From assembly GCA_003427395.1 (NCBI GenBank), contig BFEA01000041.1:3892803-3953877 (forward strand): 61,075 bases of DNA, read 5' to 3'. Shown piece by piece: positions 35,848 to 48,358 of this stretch (positions are counted from its first letter, which is position 1; each line of letters begins with the position of its first letter). The notes beneath the pieces are model-generated. The model was not told the origin of the DNA. It saw only the letters and a program-made list of their open reading frames with translations, and did not search any database. Made by a program: the position numbers and the translations under genes. The stretch is from Chara braunii. Its lineage: Eukaryota > Plantae > Charophyceae.

Positions 35848-38546
35848 GTGCGTGTTGTACTGAATTACACAGTCATGTTGCTGTGTCTTTGACTCTTTGA
35901 TGATCATCTTTTGTAGTTTCTTTTTTCAGTTGATGAATGATTTTAGCTCAGACTTTTTGCAGTTTTCTTGACCTTGGTGATTTGTACATTCTGAGAGTGT
36001 CACTTTTGACACACTGTTGACAGACAGCTGACTTGCAGACTGTTCTTTGAAACAGATTGTAAGGTGTTAAGGAGGGTGTGGATGGATTGGGAGCAACGGG
36101 AGCCCATTTGGGGGTTCCCTGTTCTACAGGGGCATTTGTTGACGACTGGATCTTTGCGGAAGCGGGGGCGAGAGCGGAAGGGTGTGGATGCAGGACCAGA
36201 GGTAGAATGGTCAGGGAGAGGTTGAAGGCAGGGGCTGGGAGGAGGTGGGGGGGAAGTAGGGGCGAATATGGACACAATGGGAGCCCGCAAGGAGGAGGTG
36301 GGGGCGGGGGGGTGGGGGGGAGGTAGGGGCGAAGATGGACACACGAGGGGGCCTGCAAGAAGTCACTTCTTCTTCAAGGGTTCATGTTGGTGCCTGGATC
36401 GCAGGACCAGAGGCAGAATGGACGGGGAGAGGTTGGAGGTGGGGGGCTGGGAAGGAGGTGCGGGATGGGGGGCGGGGAGAAGGACGGGGTGAAGATTGGA
36501 CACGAGGGAGCCCGCAAGCGGTCACTCTTTTTCTTCAAGGGTTCAGGTTGGTGTCTGGATCTTTTACACACTAGTTCAGTTTCCATCGCTCATTCTGTAA
36601 GTTGAACGGGCCTTTCACAAAGGTTCGAGAAGGGTATTTGCAGGCCGGGAGGCACTAGAAAGGAGGGGGACAGAATTGCATGCATGGAAGGCACTAGAGA
36701 GGGGACCATATTTGTGGGGTGTTGTTGGCATCTTCACACGAATACAGAGTACCCTCATTATTATGAATGTGCAAAAACTACCTTTCCGGCGCTTATACCC
36801 TCGTTATGAATGTATAAAAGCTACCTTTCTGGGCCCGATACGGTCATGATAAGGGTACATTGTGTTTTGGGGAAGGCGGTCGTATCAGTCATGCCGAGCA
36901 GCAAGTCAACGCTTTGGCGAGTGTCGCATACGGCGCTTTCTGCTAAGAGAACATGTTTGTCCCAACTGGATTGGCAAATGGGTAACTACTAAACAGGCAA
37001 ACATGGCAGGATGGATTTGTGAAAGAAATGTTTGTGTGCGGGTAGGGGTTGGGGGGGTTGATGCGGCGGAGGAGTAGATTAGAGAGATGGAAGAGGGAGG
37101 GAAACATAACCAGCCCTGTAAGTTAAATGCACCCTTGTGGGCGGGGAAAGGTGCCATAGCTGAAGCTGTCTCTGATGTCAGAAGAAGAATCGAAGGGGGG
37201 GAGAAGAGGGGGAAATGTGAACGTTCCAATGATCAGTTTTGTAGATGTCGTAGGTTCTGGCTTTTCGGGGTGGGGTGGGGGGGGGGGGGTAGCTGGCAAG
37301 GGGAGAGGGGACGTGGGATGGAGCTGTGTGGTGCAGGGAAGAGGAGGGAATAGGGGAGTGGAGGAAGGGCAGTAGGAACGAGGTAAGAACGAAGCAAGAT
37401 GAAAGGGGATGTGGTAGGTTTTGGCTTTTGAGGGGAGGGGGGAGAGGAGGAGCGAGGCCTGGTAATGGGAGAGTGGAGGGGGAATAGAGATGGGTTGGGG
37501 GAGAGGGTAGGAGAGAGAAAGGAGGGAGGAGGTTGGGCGGCAATTGATCAGTAGCGATGAGGTAAAACAAAGGGAGCTAGATGAAGGGGACCAGGTAATC
37601 GGAGGATGGATGGGCAGGAGGGATGGGCAAAAGAGGCTCTTTTTTTTGTCGGGGGTTAAAAACAAACGGAGTAAGATGGAGGGAAGAAGGGAGTCGGAGG
37701 ATGGAAAGAGGAAAGAATCGCTAACAACATGACATGGTTGACGATGGGCTATTTGTCGGACAGTTCCTAGAAGCGGGTAGGAAGTTTGAAACACAACTGA
37801 TAGGCTATTCGCAGCACAGTTTGTGAAAGCGGGGTGGAACAGAAACAATGGGTTATCTGTGAGCCTGTGGCCCAGTATGTGGAAGGCGGTAGAACTAATG
37901 GGTTATCTGTGCAAGGAGCTGTAGAAAGCAGTCGGCAGCAGTCGGCAGCAGTCGGCATGAGCAGCGGAGTGAAACGTAGTCGGGTTTGCCTGAGAGGAAC
38001 GCGCTTTCACGAAGTTGTCAGGAGTGAGGACCACCACTGCGGCAGCAAAACACTGAACAACAGGAACAGTTTTTGCGCTATGTTTGGAGTCTTTGGACCA
38101 CCACTGTGGCAGCAAACCTTGGTGGTATGGTCCTGCCGGGAGATTCCTCTTGTGATCACTGTACTATGTGAGTGATAGAAACAATGCGACTGAGTAAGAG
38201 GAGTGGGTGCGAGTGGTGGTACGTTTCGCTTCTCTCAATTTGTCAACAATGACGTTGAACAATTGGAGACGGGAGTAGGAAGCGGGGCAGAGAAGATTCA
38301 TGATGGATGGTGGACTCAACCGTCGGCTGACAGCAGCGTCTTTTTCAGTGGAACTTCGTTCACTTCTGAAGTTTCGAGTGGACAGGTTTGCAAACAGAAA
38401 GCCATTAACATGTACTATTGTCACAACACGCCACCACATGTTGAAGAAACGATGCAACCATTCTAAAGCCATGAACTATTTATTACCTCCCCTCTTTTGC
38501 TTCCCCCTCTCTCCTTCACCACTTTTGAACCACCCAACCCCTCCCT

Positions 38547-38622
<76 letters not shown>

Positions 38623-38691
38623 NNNNNNNNNNNNNNNNNNNNNNNNNNNNNNNNNNNNNNNNNNNNNNNNNNNNNNNNNNNNNNNNNNNNN

Positions 38692-38742
<51 letters not shown>

Positions 38743-39136
38743 AGCGATGCCGAACGTTTCCGTCTCTCAGAGTCACTCTTGATGTAAGACTTCACATATT
38801 TGGGCACATGTTGAAGTCCTCGAATTTCATGTTACAGACAATGAGCCCACCAAGACGAAGCATGTGCAATGCTGCACTCGCATCACTTTTTTTCTGCAGC
38901 AGCTGCTCGGAATGCACAAAAGCATGCCGTTCATGACTTGGTGGAAGAATCGGTTCTTTTCTGGAGGACCGGAGAACTCTGAGAATAACGGACTAAGCTA
39001 GGCTACGAGCCGGGCCGCCCTGGTCACCCTGTTTGGCCAGGCTGCCCAGCAAAAAAACAAAAATAAAAAATAACTCAAAAAAGGTTGTGTTATGCAGAAA
39101 AATAAACTGAACAAATTTTGCCTCAGGGTCGCATGG

Positions 39137-39290
39137 GAAGATTGTTTGCCATGTTGGATCATAAAAACTAAAAAGAAACACACGTAACATATTTGCAAGA
39201 ACAGCAATCTTAGGTGTTATAGAAAAGAAAGCTGTGACAAAAGTAGGAGAACCCTCGTATACATCAGGTGCCCACATATGAAAAGGAACT
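39137..39290 (-). pseudogene. nad2: Mitochondrial nad2 fragment (NUMT)
   Basis: Translates to [53 protein letters not shown]-rich organellar codon usage. Confidence 0.9.
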
Positions 39291-39437
39291 GACCACAAAA
39301 TGACTTGTCACTGTAAAACTATAAGGAATCATGCCAATAAGATTACAAAATAACAAAAAAGTAAAAGTGACAAAGATGAAAGGAAAAAATCGTTGTTTAA
39401 CTGCTGGTACACCACTTATTTGTTCATTGACTAAGTT
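39291..39437 (-). pseudogene. atp6: Mitochondrial atp6 fragment (NUMT), fused directly to the nad2 fragment
   Basis: Translates to [49 protein letters not shown]. Confidence 0.9.
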
Positions 39438-41409
39438 CCTTTTTTTCTTTTTTCTTTTTTTTTCCCCGCCTGTCTGGGGAAGTGGGCTCGGGCCACTGTG
39501 GTAGCTTAGAGCCTGAAAGCACCAGTACACCATGCATCAGCCCGCCGGTGTCAGCATAAAACCCGCACCAGTTCGGAGGCCGCCGTTTTTTTTTTTTCAA
39601 CGGCGCCCCTCCGAGTTTTGCTTGTGGCAACAAAAGCTTTCTGCAAGGCTGGGGCCCTGTACTTGCAGTTTAAGCAATTTCATTGTTTGTCAGGAAATGA
39701 CTGTATCAAGGCCCCAGTGCCCAAGGCAAAATACACTTATCTATACAGCTCTCTTTGGCGTAGCTTCCGGTCGAGATGCAGTGGTAATCACCGGGCATTC
39801 TGTTCACGTGAAGGAGGTAGGTGCTTGTCTTGCTCTCCCTGTATAAGGACCCGCCACTGTATATTCCAACCCACCGCTGGCCATTCTAGATGTATTTGGG
39901 CCATCTTTCGGTCTGGATTCTGCAGTAACAACTGGGCATTCAGTTCGGGTTAAAACAGTAGCAATCTTTATTTCACTGTATGCTTACACCAGGTCCTACT
40001 ACAGGACTACATGTGACTGAGTGAGGCTACTACTTAGTCTGAGTCACAGTTTGATAGGTAGTTGCTTTAGTTGCTCGCCACGTGCTAGAAGACATTTTTT
40101 AGGCCCCGCAAACTGCTAAAAACTGGCAGAAGAGAGACTGCAAGAGTTACCTGCCTACCTGCTGTGGAGCACTCTTGTGTGAGGGTCACCCCGCCCTAGT
40201 GGGTCTTGCAAGTGGGGGGTGATATGAGTGGTAGACACTGAGGTAGGACTGGGGGAGTGGGCGTGCACTGGGGAGAATTGATGAGAGGAGAGGAAGGGTG
40301 GTGGTGGAGGTCAATCATCTCATTCGTTCGATGATGTCATAGTTGCAGCTTTTCTTTTCTTTTCTTTTCTTTTTGTTTTTTTCTTTTTTTTTTCTTTTTT
40401 CAGTTGCAGCTTTTCTAGTAATGAATGTCAGCAATTATATACAACTGTCCTCGGCAATCATCATGCATGGCCATGATAGCCCCGTCTGGCCCTAAACATG
40501 TTTCATGGTCATCGTTAGGTGGTAATACATGGTATTAATGTATATGGGTATTATGGGAAGGGGTGGGCGGGTGTTGTTTTTTTTTTTTTTTGGGGGGGGG
40601 GGGTTGGAAGAAGAACATGTTCGCTGCTGCAACAACGATATAGAGTGTTGTGAGTACCATCGGCTTCACCCTTTCGGTCGTTATAGCTTATTTACACCGC
40701 GAGTTGCCCCCAACTATTTATAATGACGGTACAGTGGGTACATTCAATTCAGGGGATGACGGTAGAATGGTGCAAAATATTTTTTTATGTACCAAGGTGC
40801 AGCACCCAACTATTTTTATGTAGGGGTGGTATAGGGGGTACTGGAGGAGGTAATGATGGTGTTGGGGGAGGTTTCGGGTTGTTGGGGGGGTGTTGGAGGG
40901 TATTGGGGGCCGTTATGGGGGTGTTGGTGAGGTTATTAGGAGTTCTGGACCCAAAACAAAACAAAAAAAAACAAAAACAAAAACAAAAAAAAATTGTGGG
41001 GTGCTTATGATCCCCGACCGGTAGGTGCCGATCAGCCGACCAGTCAAGGGCTGCCGACCGTCGAGGTATGCAACACTGCCAAGGTGTTATATCCTGATGG
41101 CGCGGGGAGTTTTGATTATTGAAGATGCTCCTTTATTATAATATTTAAGTCCACATGTGGGGCAGCTGCCAATAGAACCTTTATAGAGGTATTCTGTATA
41201 GGGCAAGAGTAAGACAGCAGATTTGGCATTGCACCTGCTATCATTTCAGTTGGGGCCTCTTAAATCAAGGAGGTAATGTCATCTAGAAAAATGTTACCAG
41301 CAGCAGTGCACGGTCCACCTCTTTTTTTTCCCTTAAAAAAAACGGAGCCTTATGGTTCTTGCTCCGTGTCCATTCTGGGGAGTGCAGGTCCGGTTCTGTG
41401 TTTTTTTTT

Positions 41410-41690
41410 GTCATCCTTGCGCAGGGGCCATGCTAATCTTCAGTCTCTGTATTGTTGCATAAAGTTTTTCGCCGCCAGGCAAAAACTATGAGGGGCCGCA
41501 TGGCGTGCGGGGAAAACAGCGACCTCCGAAGTGGCGAGGGTTTCATGCTGACACCCGCGGGCCAACGTGTGGTGATCCTTGCACAGGGGCCGTGCTAATC
41601 TTCAGTCTCTGTATCGTTGCAGAAAGTTTTTGGCCCCCACAAGCAAAAACTCGGAGGGGCCGCAGAGCGTGGGGCACCGTTCGGCCCCCG
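41410..41690 (-). repeat. Tandem dimer of a composite unit: U6 fragment (41410-41456, 41575-41618) plus a non-U6 GC-rich segment
   Basis: Both U6 fragments carry the same CAG insertion (TAATCTTCAGTCTCTGTAT). The adjoining segment TTGCA.AAAGTTTTT...GCAAAAACT..GAGGGGCCGCA has an inverted homolog at about 39540-39625. Confidence 0.75.
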
Positions 41691-42136
41691 CCGTCCTTTG
41701 GTCTATCCAGCCCTTTGAGTCCTGATTTCCACCACCCCTGTCTTTGCTGTTGCTGTTAATGCCCTTTGAACCCCATACCCATCTGAAACTCTTCCCAAAT
41801 CCTGCTTCTCTCCTTAGGGGCTGCAAGTGTTACACAACTCAATCCTGCGCCTCTCAGAGTTATCGCCATCTTGTCCTTGGTGGTCCTTCTTTGTTGTCAC
41901 CAGTGCTGTGGTGCTGGTTGGTGGAATCGCAGATGGCTTTGGATACTTGCAGTGCTGATCCTGTTCCGTATGTCTTCCCTCGTACAGCGACGTCGAAAAT
42001 CGTATGTGCCAGGACATTGAGGAAACCAGGCCACAAAGTGGCAACAGCATCAGAAGCGCACTGCGTACTCAATTCAACCCAGAGAGCATGTGGTGGACCT
42101 GGTGAACCATTCGCTGCCTGGCGGCGCATATGGTCT

Positions 42137-42241
42137 GGTACGGTACTGTCAGATTTAAATGTAGGTATACTTTACATACTTGCTATTTCGTCTTTAGGTG
42201 TGTATGGTATTATAACTGCAGGTTGGTCTAGTAACTCCAAA
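42137..42241 (+). pseudogene. nad1: Mitochondrial nad1 fragment (NUMT)
   Basis: Translates to [35 protein letters not shown]. Confidence 0.88.
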
Positions 42242-42244
42242 TAA

Positions 42245-45200
42245 AGGGAAGGGGCTAAGGAGGGGGGCGGGGGGGTCGGTGAGGATAATGAAGGAGGGGA
42301 GGGTGGCTGCATAGGGGACTGAGAAATGGGATAGGGGGTTGTAGGTCCAGGCATTTTCGTCGTTCCTCTAGTGTTTCCATTCTATTTGCGAGTCTCGGGT
42401 GTCTGCAATTGCTTTCCTGGGTCCCAGGCTCCCAGCCACTCATCTGAGAATCGGTTCCTCACCTCCTCTGTTTTCTGTCTCTTGGCCTGAGGATTTAGGA
42501 TCGGATTCTCGTCTATTATCCGCATTTGGTGTCGGAGGTCGTCCCATCCTGCTTTTACCCTGGTTGTCAAGTAGCTTGTGATGTGCTCTTTGGCCTGCGG
42601 CGTGTGCTGATTTCGCTCGAAGGAGCAGCGGGCTCACCAGGTGATCATCAGCAGCTCTAGTCTACAAGCGAAGTTGTGATTCGAAAGAGGTTCCTTTTGT
42701 AGGGGACCAGTTTGCCAGGACATCCGCCCGGTTTCCTAACAGCAGAAGCCTGGGTTGCCAAGGGAACTGGAATCCTGTCAGGGCAGTCCATGCAGCGTCC
42801 CACCACCTCCATATCTCGGAGACCATCAGGCAGCCTAATAGGCAGTGTTCCAGGGTCGCTCCGGTGGGCTGGGAGCTCCTACAACAGTACCGGCAGATAG
42901 GGGAAAGACAGCCTTGATGTTGGGGGTCTGTCCTTGTGACCAGCCAGTCGAGGGTGGGCAGACTGCGGTATAGGATCTGCCACTGGAGCGCCCTCTGTGC
43001 CGCCGACATTGTATGGGTATATTGAGACCAACTGAAGCCATTGAGGTCCTCCGGCCGGAGGACCGAGTCCTTCCACCACCATCTTTTAATCAAAGCGTCC
43101 GTCGGGCAGGTTCTGTGCACTCTATGGTAACCCTGTTTCATCATCTATTGCCGAAGTTAAGTGTCCGGGGCGACTATGTCCACCCCCATTCCAGCAGGTC
43201 AAAGGGGAGAGTGACCAAGGGGGAGGCTGGTTGGAAGGTTGAGGGTGTTCCATCCGCCTCTTCCACTACCCTCACTCTGACTAGACCAGTCCAGGTTGAG
43301 TCGTGATCTGCTTCTTCATTCCTCAGCAACGGGGAGCACCTTGCTCGGGGATAGGTTATCTTCATTTCTCAGCAACAGGGAGCACCTTGCCCGGGGATAG
43401 GCTATGTTGTTTCTCGGCCGACCATCGATGGATAGGCTACCTGCTGGTCGGACTTGTTTGTTTCTCGGCCGACCATCATTGGAGAGCGGAGTTGCGTCCA
43501 TTGGACCACCCAGTCCCCTTGGTCGATGGTGGGACCTTGCTTAAGTTGTTGTACCCAAGCAAGGGGGACCGCCTCCTGCAGCTGGCGCAACTTTTCAGTC
43601 CTGTCCTTGGCATGTCTGAGCTTGTCTCTCATTTGGACATCTGTTTTCCAGGTGTTTCGTTTAAAGTCTCATATATCGGTCAGTAGGTATACCCCTTTGG
43701 CCACCCAACCAGATCAATGTGATCCGTTGTCGAGGCGAAAGTGTTTCCCCTCATGATAGCAAATGTGGGGGTCGCCGAAAAGCGGCTGTTTAACTATCTC
43801 GTGCCAGCGCATGGGGGGGGGGAGCCTATCGGGGCCCAGCTCCCACCATCATAGCTTGACCATGTCGGGCCACAGGGGGTCATTGCAATGTTTTTCTTAG
43901 CCTAGGCTCGTGACGTTTGCGGGTCCGACGATCTGGACACTTCCAGCGACTGTCCAGGAAGGGTTGGTGAGCCATTGTAGCGCATGCACCATTGCCCCTG
44001 AACAAGCGTATTATGATCTTGAAGGACAAGGCTTTAAGCTGGTCTTGTGGTTCCGAAATAATCAGTCCACCCTTGGAGTGAGGTTGGGCTATATAGTCCC
44101 ACACAACCTTGGAGAGGAACGTCGGGTCCTCATGGTCATTTTTCTAAACGTAAGCCGTTGTCGAGCGCTTAAGTCTTTTGAGGAGTTTTGGTTGTATCGG
44201 CCAGCAGGCTGCCTTGTACCAGATGGTAGAAAAAATGGTCGTATTAAGTGTCAAGGTTTTTCCAACTATGGAGGTGTGCAGACCCTTCCACCTGGCCAGT
44301 CTCCTCGCCATCTCCTCCACCAACGAGGGCCTGTGATCTGGTGAAGGGCCCAACGTCGTGAGCGAAACCCCCAACACCGCCATTGCTTCCTCCCAATGTT
44401 TCCATGCTATGGCCGGTTCGGGCAGGGGCGGGATGTCCAACGGGTGGAGCCACGAATCCTCGGTCTTGGATCCCCAATTCACCACCATGTCAAACGTTGT
44501 CGAGAAGTATGGTGTCCACCAGCGGTTGGAGGGAAGAGCATTCGGGTCTCATGCATTTCGGTAGCGAAAAGAGACGTGACCGGTAGTCGATGATGCGGTA
44601 TTTTGGAAACATGTATCTTCTGTATGAGTAGGTTGGCCCTTATGGCGGACGCAAGAGCCTCCATGATGATGATGAAAGCGAAGGTGCTATGTCTGACTGT
44701 CGTTCAAGGGGGAAGTGGTTGGAGAGGTGGTCGTTGGCCATCACGTTGGTGGTCGCCATTCTATGAAGAGTGTCCACCCATTGCCTAATATTTGATCCAA
44801 GGTTCATTGCTTGCATACACAGGTCCAAAATACCCCAATCAATATGGTCGTAGGTTCTTTTGAAGTCAATGAAGAGGATAGCCTCCTCCTTCCCTCTCTG
44901 CAGAGCATACTTGATCGTCTCACTCATGACCAGTATGTTGTCTTGCATGTTTTGTTTCGGGATGAAACCAAATGGATTAGGTGGCACATATGTGGCAGCA
45001 AGTTGCAACCTGTTCGGGAGGGCTTTCGCCACCATTTTGTATGGGACCGGCAGGAGAGTGATGGGCCTATAGTTCCTTACCTCGTTTTTTGCCCCTTTTT
45101 GTAAAGCAGTGTGGTGACCCTTTGTTAATTAGAACCCCAAACGCCCCTTCTTCTAGGACCCCGTTGATGTACTCCATCAAATCCTGGCAGAGTGTGTCTC

Positions 45201-45552
45201 AGAGGGCGAGTCAGGACTCCTTGGCGAAGGAGTCGAGGCCCGGTGTTTTTCCATCTTTTGTTTTCTACAGCGCGATGTGGGCCTCGTCTTAGGACGACGG
45301 GGTTTCCAAGGCTTGGCTATCAGCATGGGAGAGCGATGTATCCAAGTTAGCTAGTAGTCGTTGCCTCACATTTGCGACAGTTGCAGGTGACCTACAGGCC
45401 ATGCAGGACGTGAAGAGGTCCTTGTAGTATTTGGCAGCGTAGTCCACCACCCCGTAGGGGTTAGTAACCTCCAGTTGTGTTATGCACTCGCTAAGGGATT
45501 GACCCTGCATCACGCGCGTCAACCAATACATGAGCGTCGAATGCAAGTCCAT
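42245..45552 (-). mobile_element. 5'-truncated, frameshifted L1/Tx1-like LINE (RT and C-terminal zinc-finger region)
   Basis: Fragments GFIPKQNMQDNILVMSETIKYA...ILFIDFKRTYDHIDW, MEALASAIRAN, KGGL and LSPICRYC...TLEHCLLGC. Boundaries are approximate. Confidence 0.88.
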
Positions 45553-47156
45553 GTTTCAGAGGGGACCGCATGTTTATGGGTACCACATCGTACTCCATCA
45601 TCACGACTGCTCGCGTATTTTCACATAGCTAGCCGATATGATGAGGCTCGTACCGCCACGTTATTTATACAAGGCCCCTAGGCAACATCTGTATGTTCAT
45701 GCACTAAGACAGTTACGGTTTGAGCAGGAAAAGAGACTAAGTGCAACTTGCTCATGGACTAAAGTTTTCGTTGAGAAGTGTATCGCACGGTTAGATTAGT
45801 CATCCCCGATCAGCACCTTGACTGACGGATCTAACATGGCTCGATTCGGGTGTTAACCGCACACACCCCTTATACTACAGCGAACGAGAAACGCCCTCGG
45901 TTAGGCCACCTCTACGGTCGGACACGAAAAGCTTTCGTGCGTGGTTCGATAGCTCTGCGGAGATACGCCCACCTAAGGTATGGTGGCAACTCCTGCAGGT
46001 CAAAGTAAGTTGTGCCTGCATCGCCCTGTCTTGTCGTAGGGATTCGTGAGAGCTACGGTTGGCGTACTCAGCTCGACCGGGGCGGTGACGCTCTACGAAA
46101 AGTCGTGCAAATTTTGCTTGATGCAGCCGGGAGTGTCCTTCGGCGGGAAAGATTTTCTCTCTCTCTATCTCTCAATCTATCTATCTATCTATCTATCTAT
46201 CTATTTCTCTAAGAGAGAGAAAGCTAGCGAGAAAGAGAGAGGGAGAGAGAGAGAGAGAGAGAATCTTGCCTTATCATGTCGTAAAGGTTTGCAAGAGGAG
46301 CCGGAGCGACAACGGTCTACGATAAGTTCAGCCAAATCCTGAGTGACACGGTCAAGAGGGTCCCTTGCGGCAATGTTGTCACCCGAGGATTTCGGGGGAC
46401 TGAGCCCGGGTTGGGGTTTGACCCCCGGACCCCTGGTCCGGACATCCCCCNNNNNNNNNNNNNNNNNNNNNNNNNNNNNNNNNNNNNNNNNNNNNNNNNN
46501 NNNNNNNNNNNNNNNNNNNNNNNNNNNNNNNNNNNNNNNNNNNNNNNNNNNNNNNNNNNNNNNNNNNNNNNNNNNNNNNNNNNNNNNNNNNNNNNNNNNN
46601 NNNNNNNNNNNNNNNNNNNNNNNNNNNNNNNNNNNNNNNNNNNNNNNNNNNNNNNNNNNNNNNNNNNNNNNNNNNNNNNNNNNNNNNNNNNNNNNNNNNN
46701 NNNNNNNNNNNNNNNNNNNNNNNNNNNNNNNNNNNNCCGCCACCCCTGCTTCCCCTCACCTTTGCACCCTTGCAACCCGCCCCCACCCCTGTGAGTCTTG
46801 CACCCCCGCCCCCGCCAGCCCTGCACCCCAGCGGCCCCGCTCTCATCCCCGCCACCCCTACACCCCTGCACCAGCATTGGGTGTGACCCCGGGGCGGGGT
46901 CCGAGGAGGGGTAGAAATAATTTTTTTGATTTTTGGCCAGGGGGGCCAGGCTCTAACTGCGCACCCTCCACTATTTTTCTTATTTTTATTTTTTGTAAGG
47001 AGGGGGGGCTTTGGAGCCACGGTTCGAGGTGCCCACCCCTTGACCCCCGTCGGGGTTCTGGGGCCGGGACTCGACAACCCTGCCCTGAGGGACCGATGCA
47101 CTCGATAACACGGATTCTAAAGGCAACGCTCTTTCTCTCTCTCTCTCTTAGACGCT

Positions 47157-47218
<62 letters not shown>

Positions 47219-47500
47219 GGTTGTACTTGACCCTCCAACAGTTGGGGACATAAAATGAAAAGTTGACCTGCGCCGATAGAGCTAAAACGAAAATCAATTG
47301 GGTCTTTCACAAAATTGGACAAGTATCCGATGAAGGTATATTGCAAAAATGATTAGTCCAATAGATGTAATGGGTGTTCAGTAAAGAATTTTTTTGTTAG
47401 AAGGGTATTCCGCTCTCCCATGATCTTTTATGGGCATTTTGACATGTATCTCATCTTTGAGGTATATAATGCAACTTTTTCCAAAAAAAAGGGAAAGAGG

Positions 47501-48358
47501 AAAAAATTCCTCCATTAAACCATGATTGATGTAACATAGTCAAGGGCACTATATGTGGAAAAGGAATGGCAGGAGGACTTTTACATCTTATTACCCAATA
47601 ACCATATTTTTTTATATTGCCTAATTAAACCTCAGAGCATTTCTTATTCATTTTTCCCCAAGGCAGTTCAAGTTGCATGTGTGCCACAAGTTTCGGTGGT
47701 TGGTGTGCAAGGGCAAAATGGCTAGTCACGCTAGCCAAAAGAAAGCCAACACTGATTTTTTTTTTCCGCACAATGTGTTTTTTAGGCTAGGCGAGGGAAG
47801 AGGAAGAACTAATGGTTTAAGAAAATATGTACAAGGTGAGAAACAAATGTGCTTGACCGCAAGTCTCATTTGTACAAACAAATGGATTTCCTTGGCCACC
47901 AATCCATTTGGTTTGGTGGAGGAAAAAAATTCTCCTTTAAACCATGATTGATGTAACATAGTCAAGGGTACCATCTGCAAAGGAAATATGCGGAAAAGGA
48001 ATGGCAGGAGGACTTTTATATCTTATCACCCAATAACCATATTTCTTTATATTGCCTAATTAAACCTCAAAGTATTTCTTATTCATTTTTCCCCAAGTCA
48101 ATTCAAGTTGCATGTGTGCTACAAGTTTCGGTGGTTGGTGTACAAGGGCAAAATGGCTAGTCGCGACAGCCAAAGAAAGCCAACACTGATTTTTTTTTTC
48201 CGCACAATGTGTTTTTTAGGCTAGGCGAGGGAAGAGTAAGAAGTACCGATAGTTTAAGAGAATATGTACAAGGTGAGAAACAAACGTGCTTCACCGCAAG
48301 TCTCATTTGTACAAAAAATTGGATTTCCTTGGCCACCAATCCATTTGGTTTGGTGGGG
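47501..48358. repeat. Tandem duplication of a ~430-bp AT-rich unit
   Basis: TAAACCATGATTGATGTAACATAGTCAAGGG...CCTTGGCCACCAATCCATTTGGTTTGGTGG is present twice. Confidence 0.9.

Noticed and set aside
37800-42130. Exon-like segments near 38200-38385, 38900-38990 and 41953-42135 as a second gene
   Set aside because: Several frames on both strands are open, with no recognisable motif and no consistent phase chain, so a gene cannot be supported.
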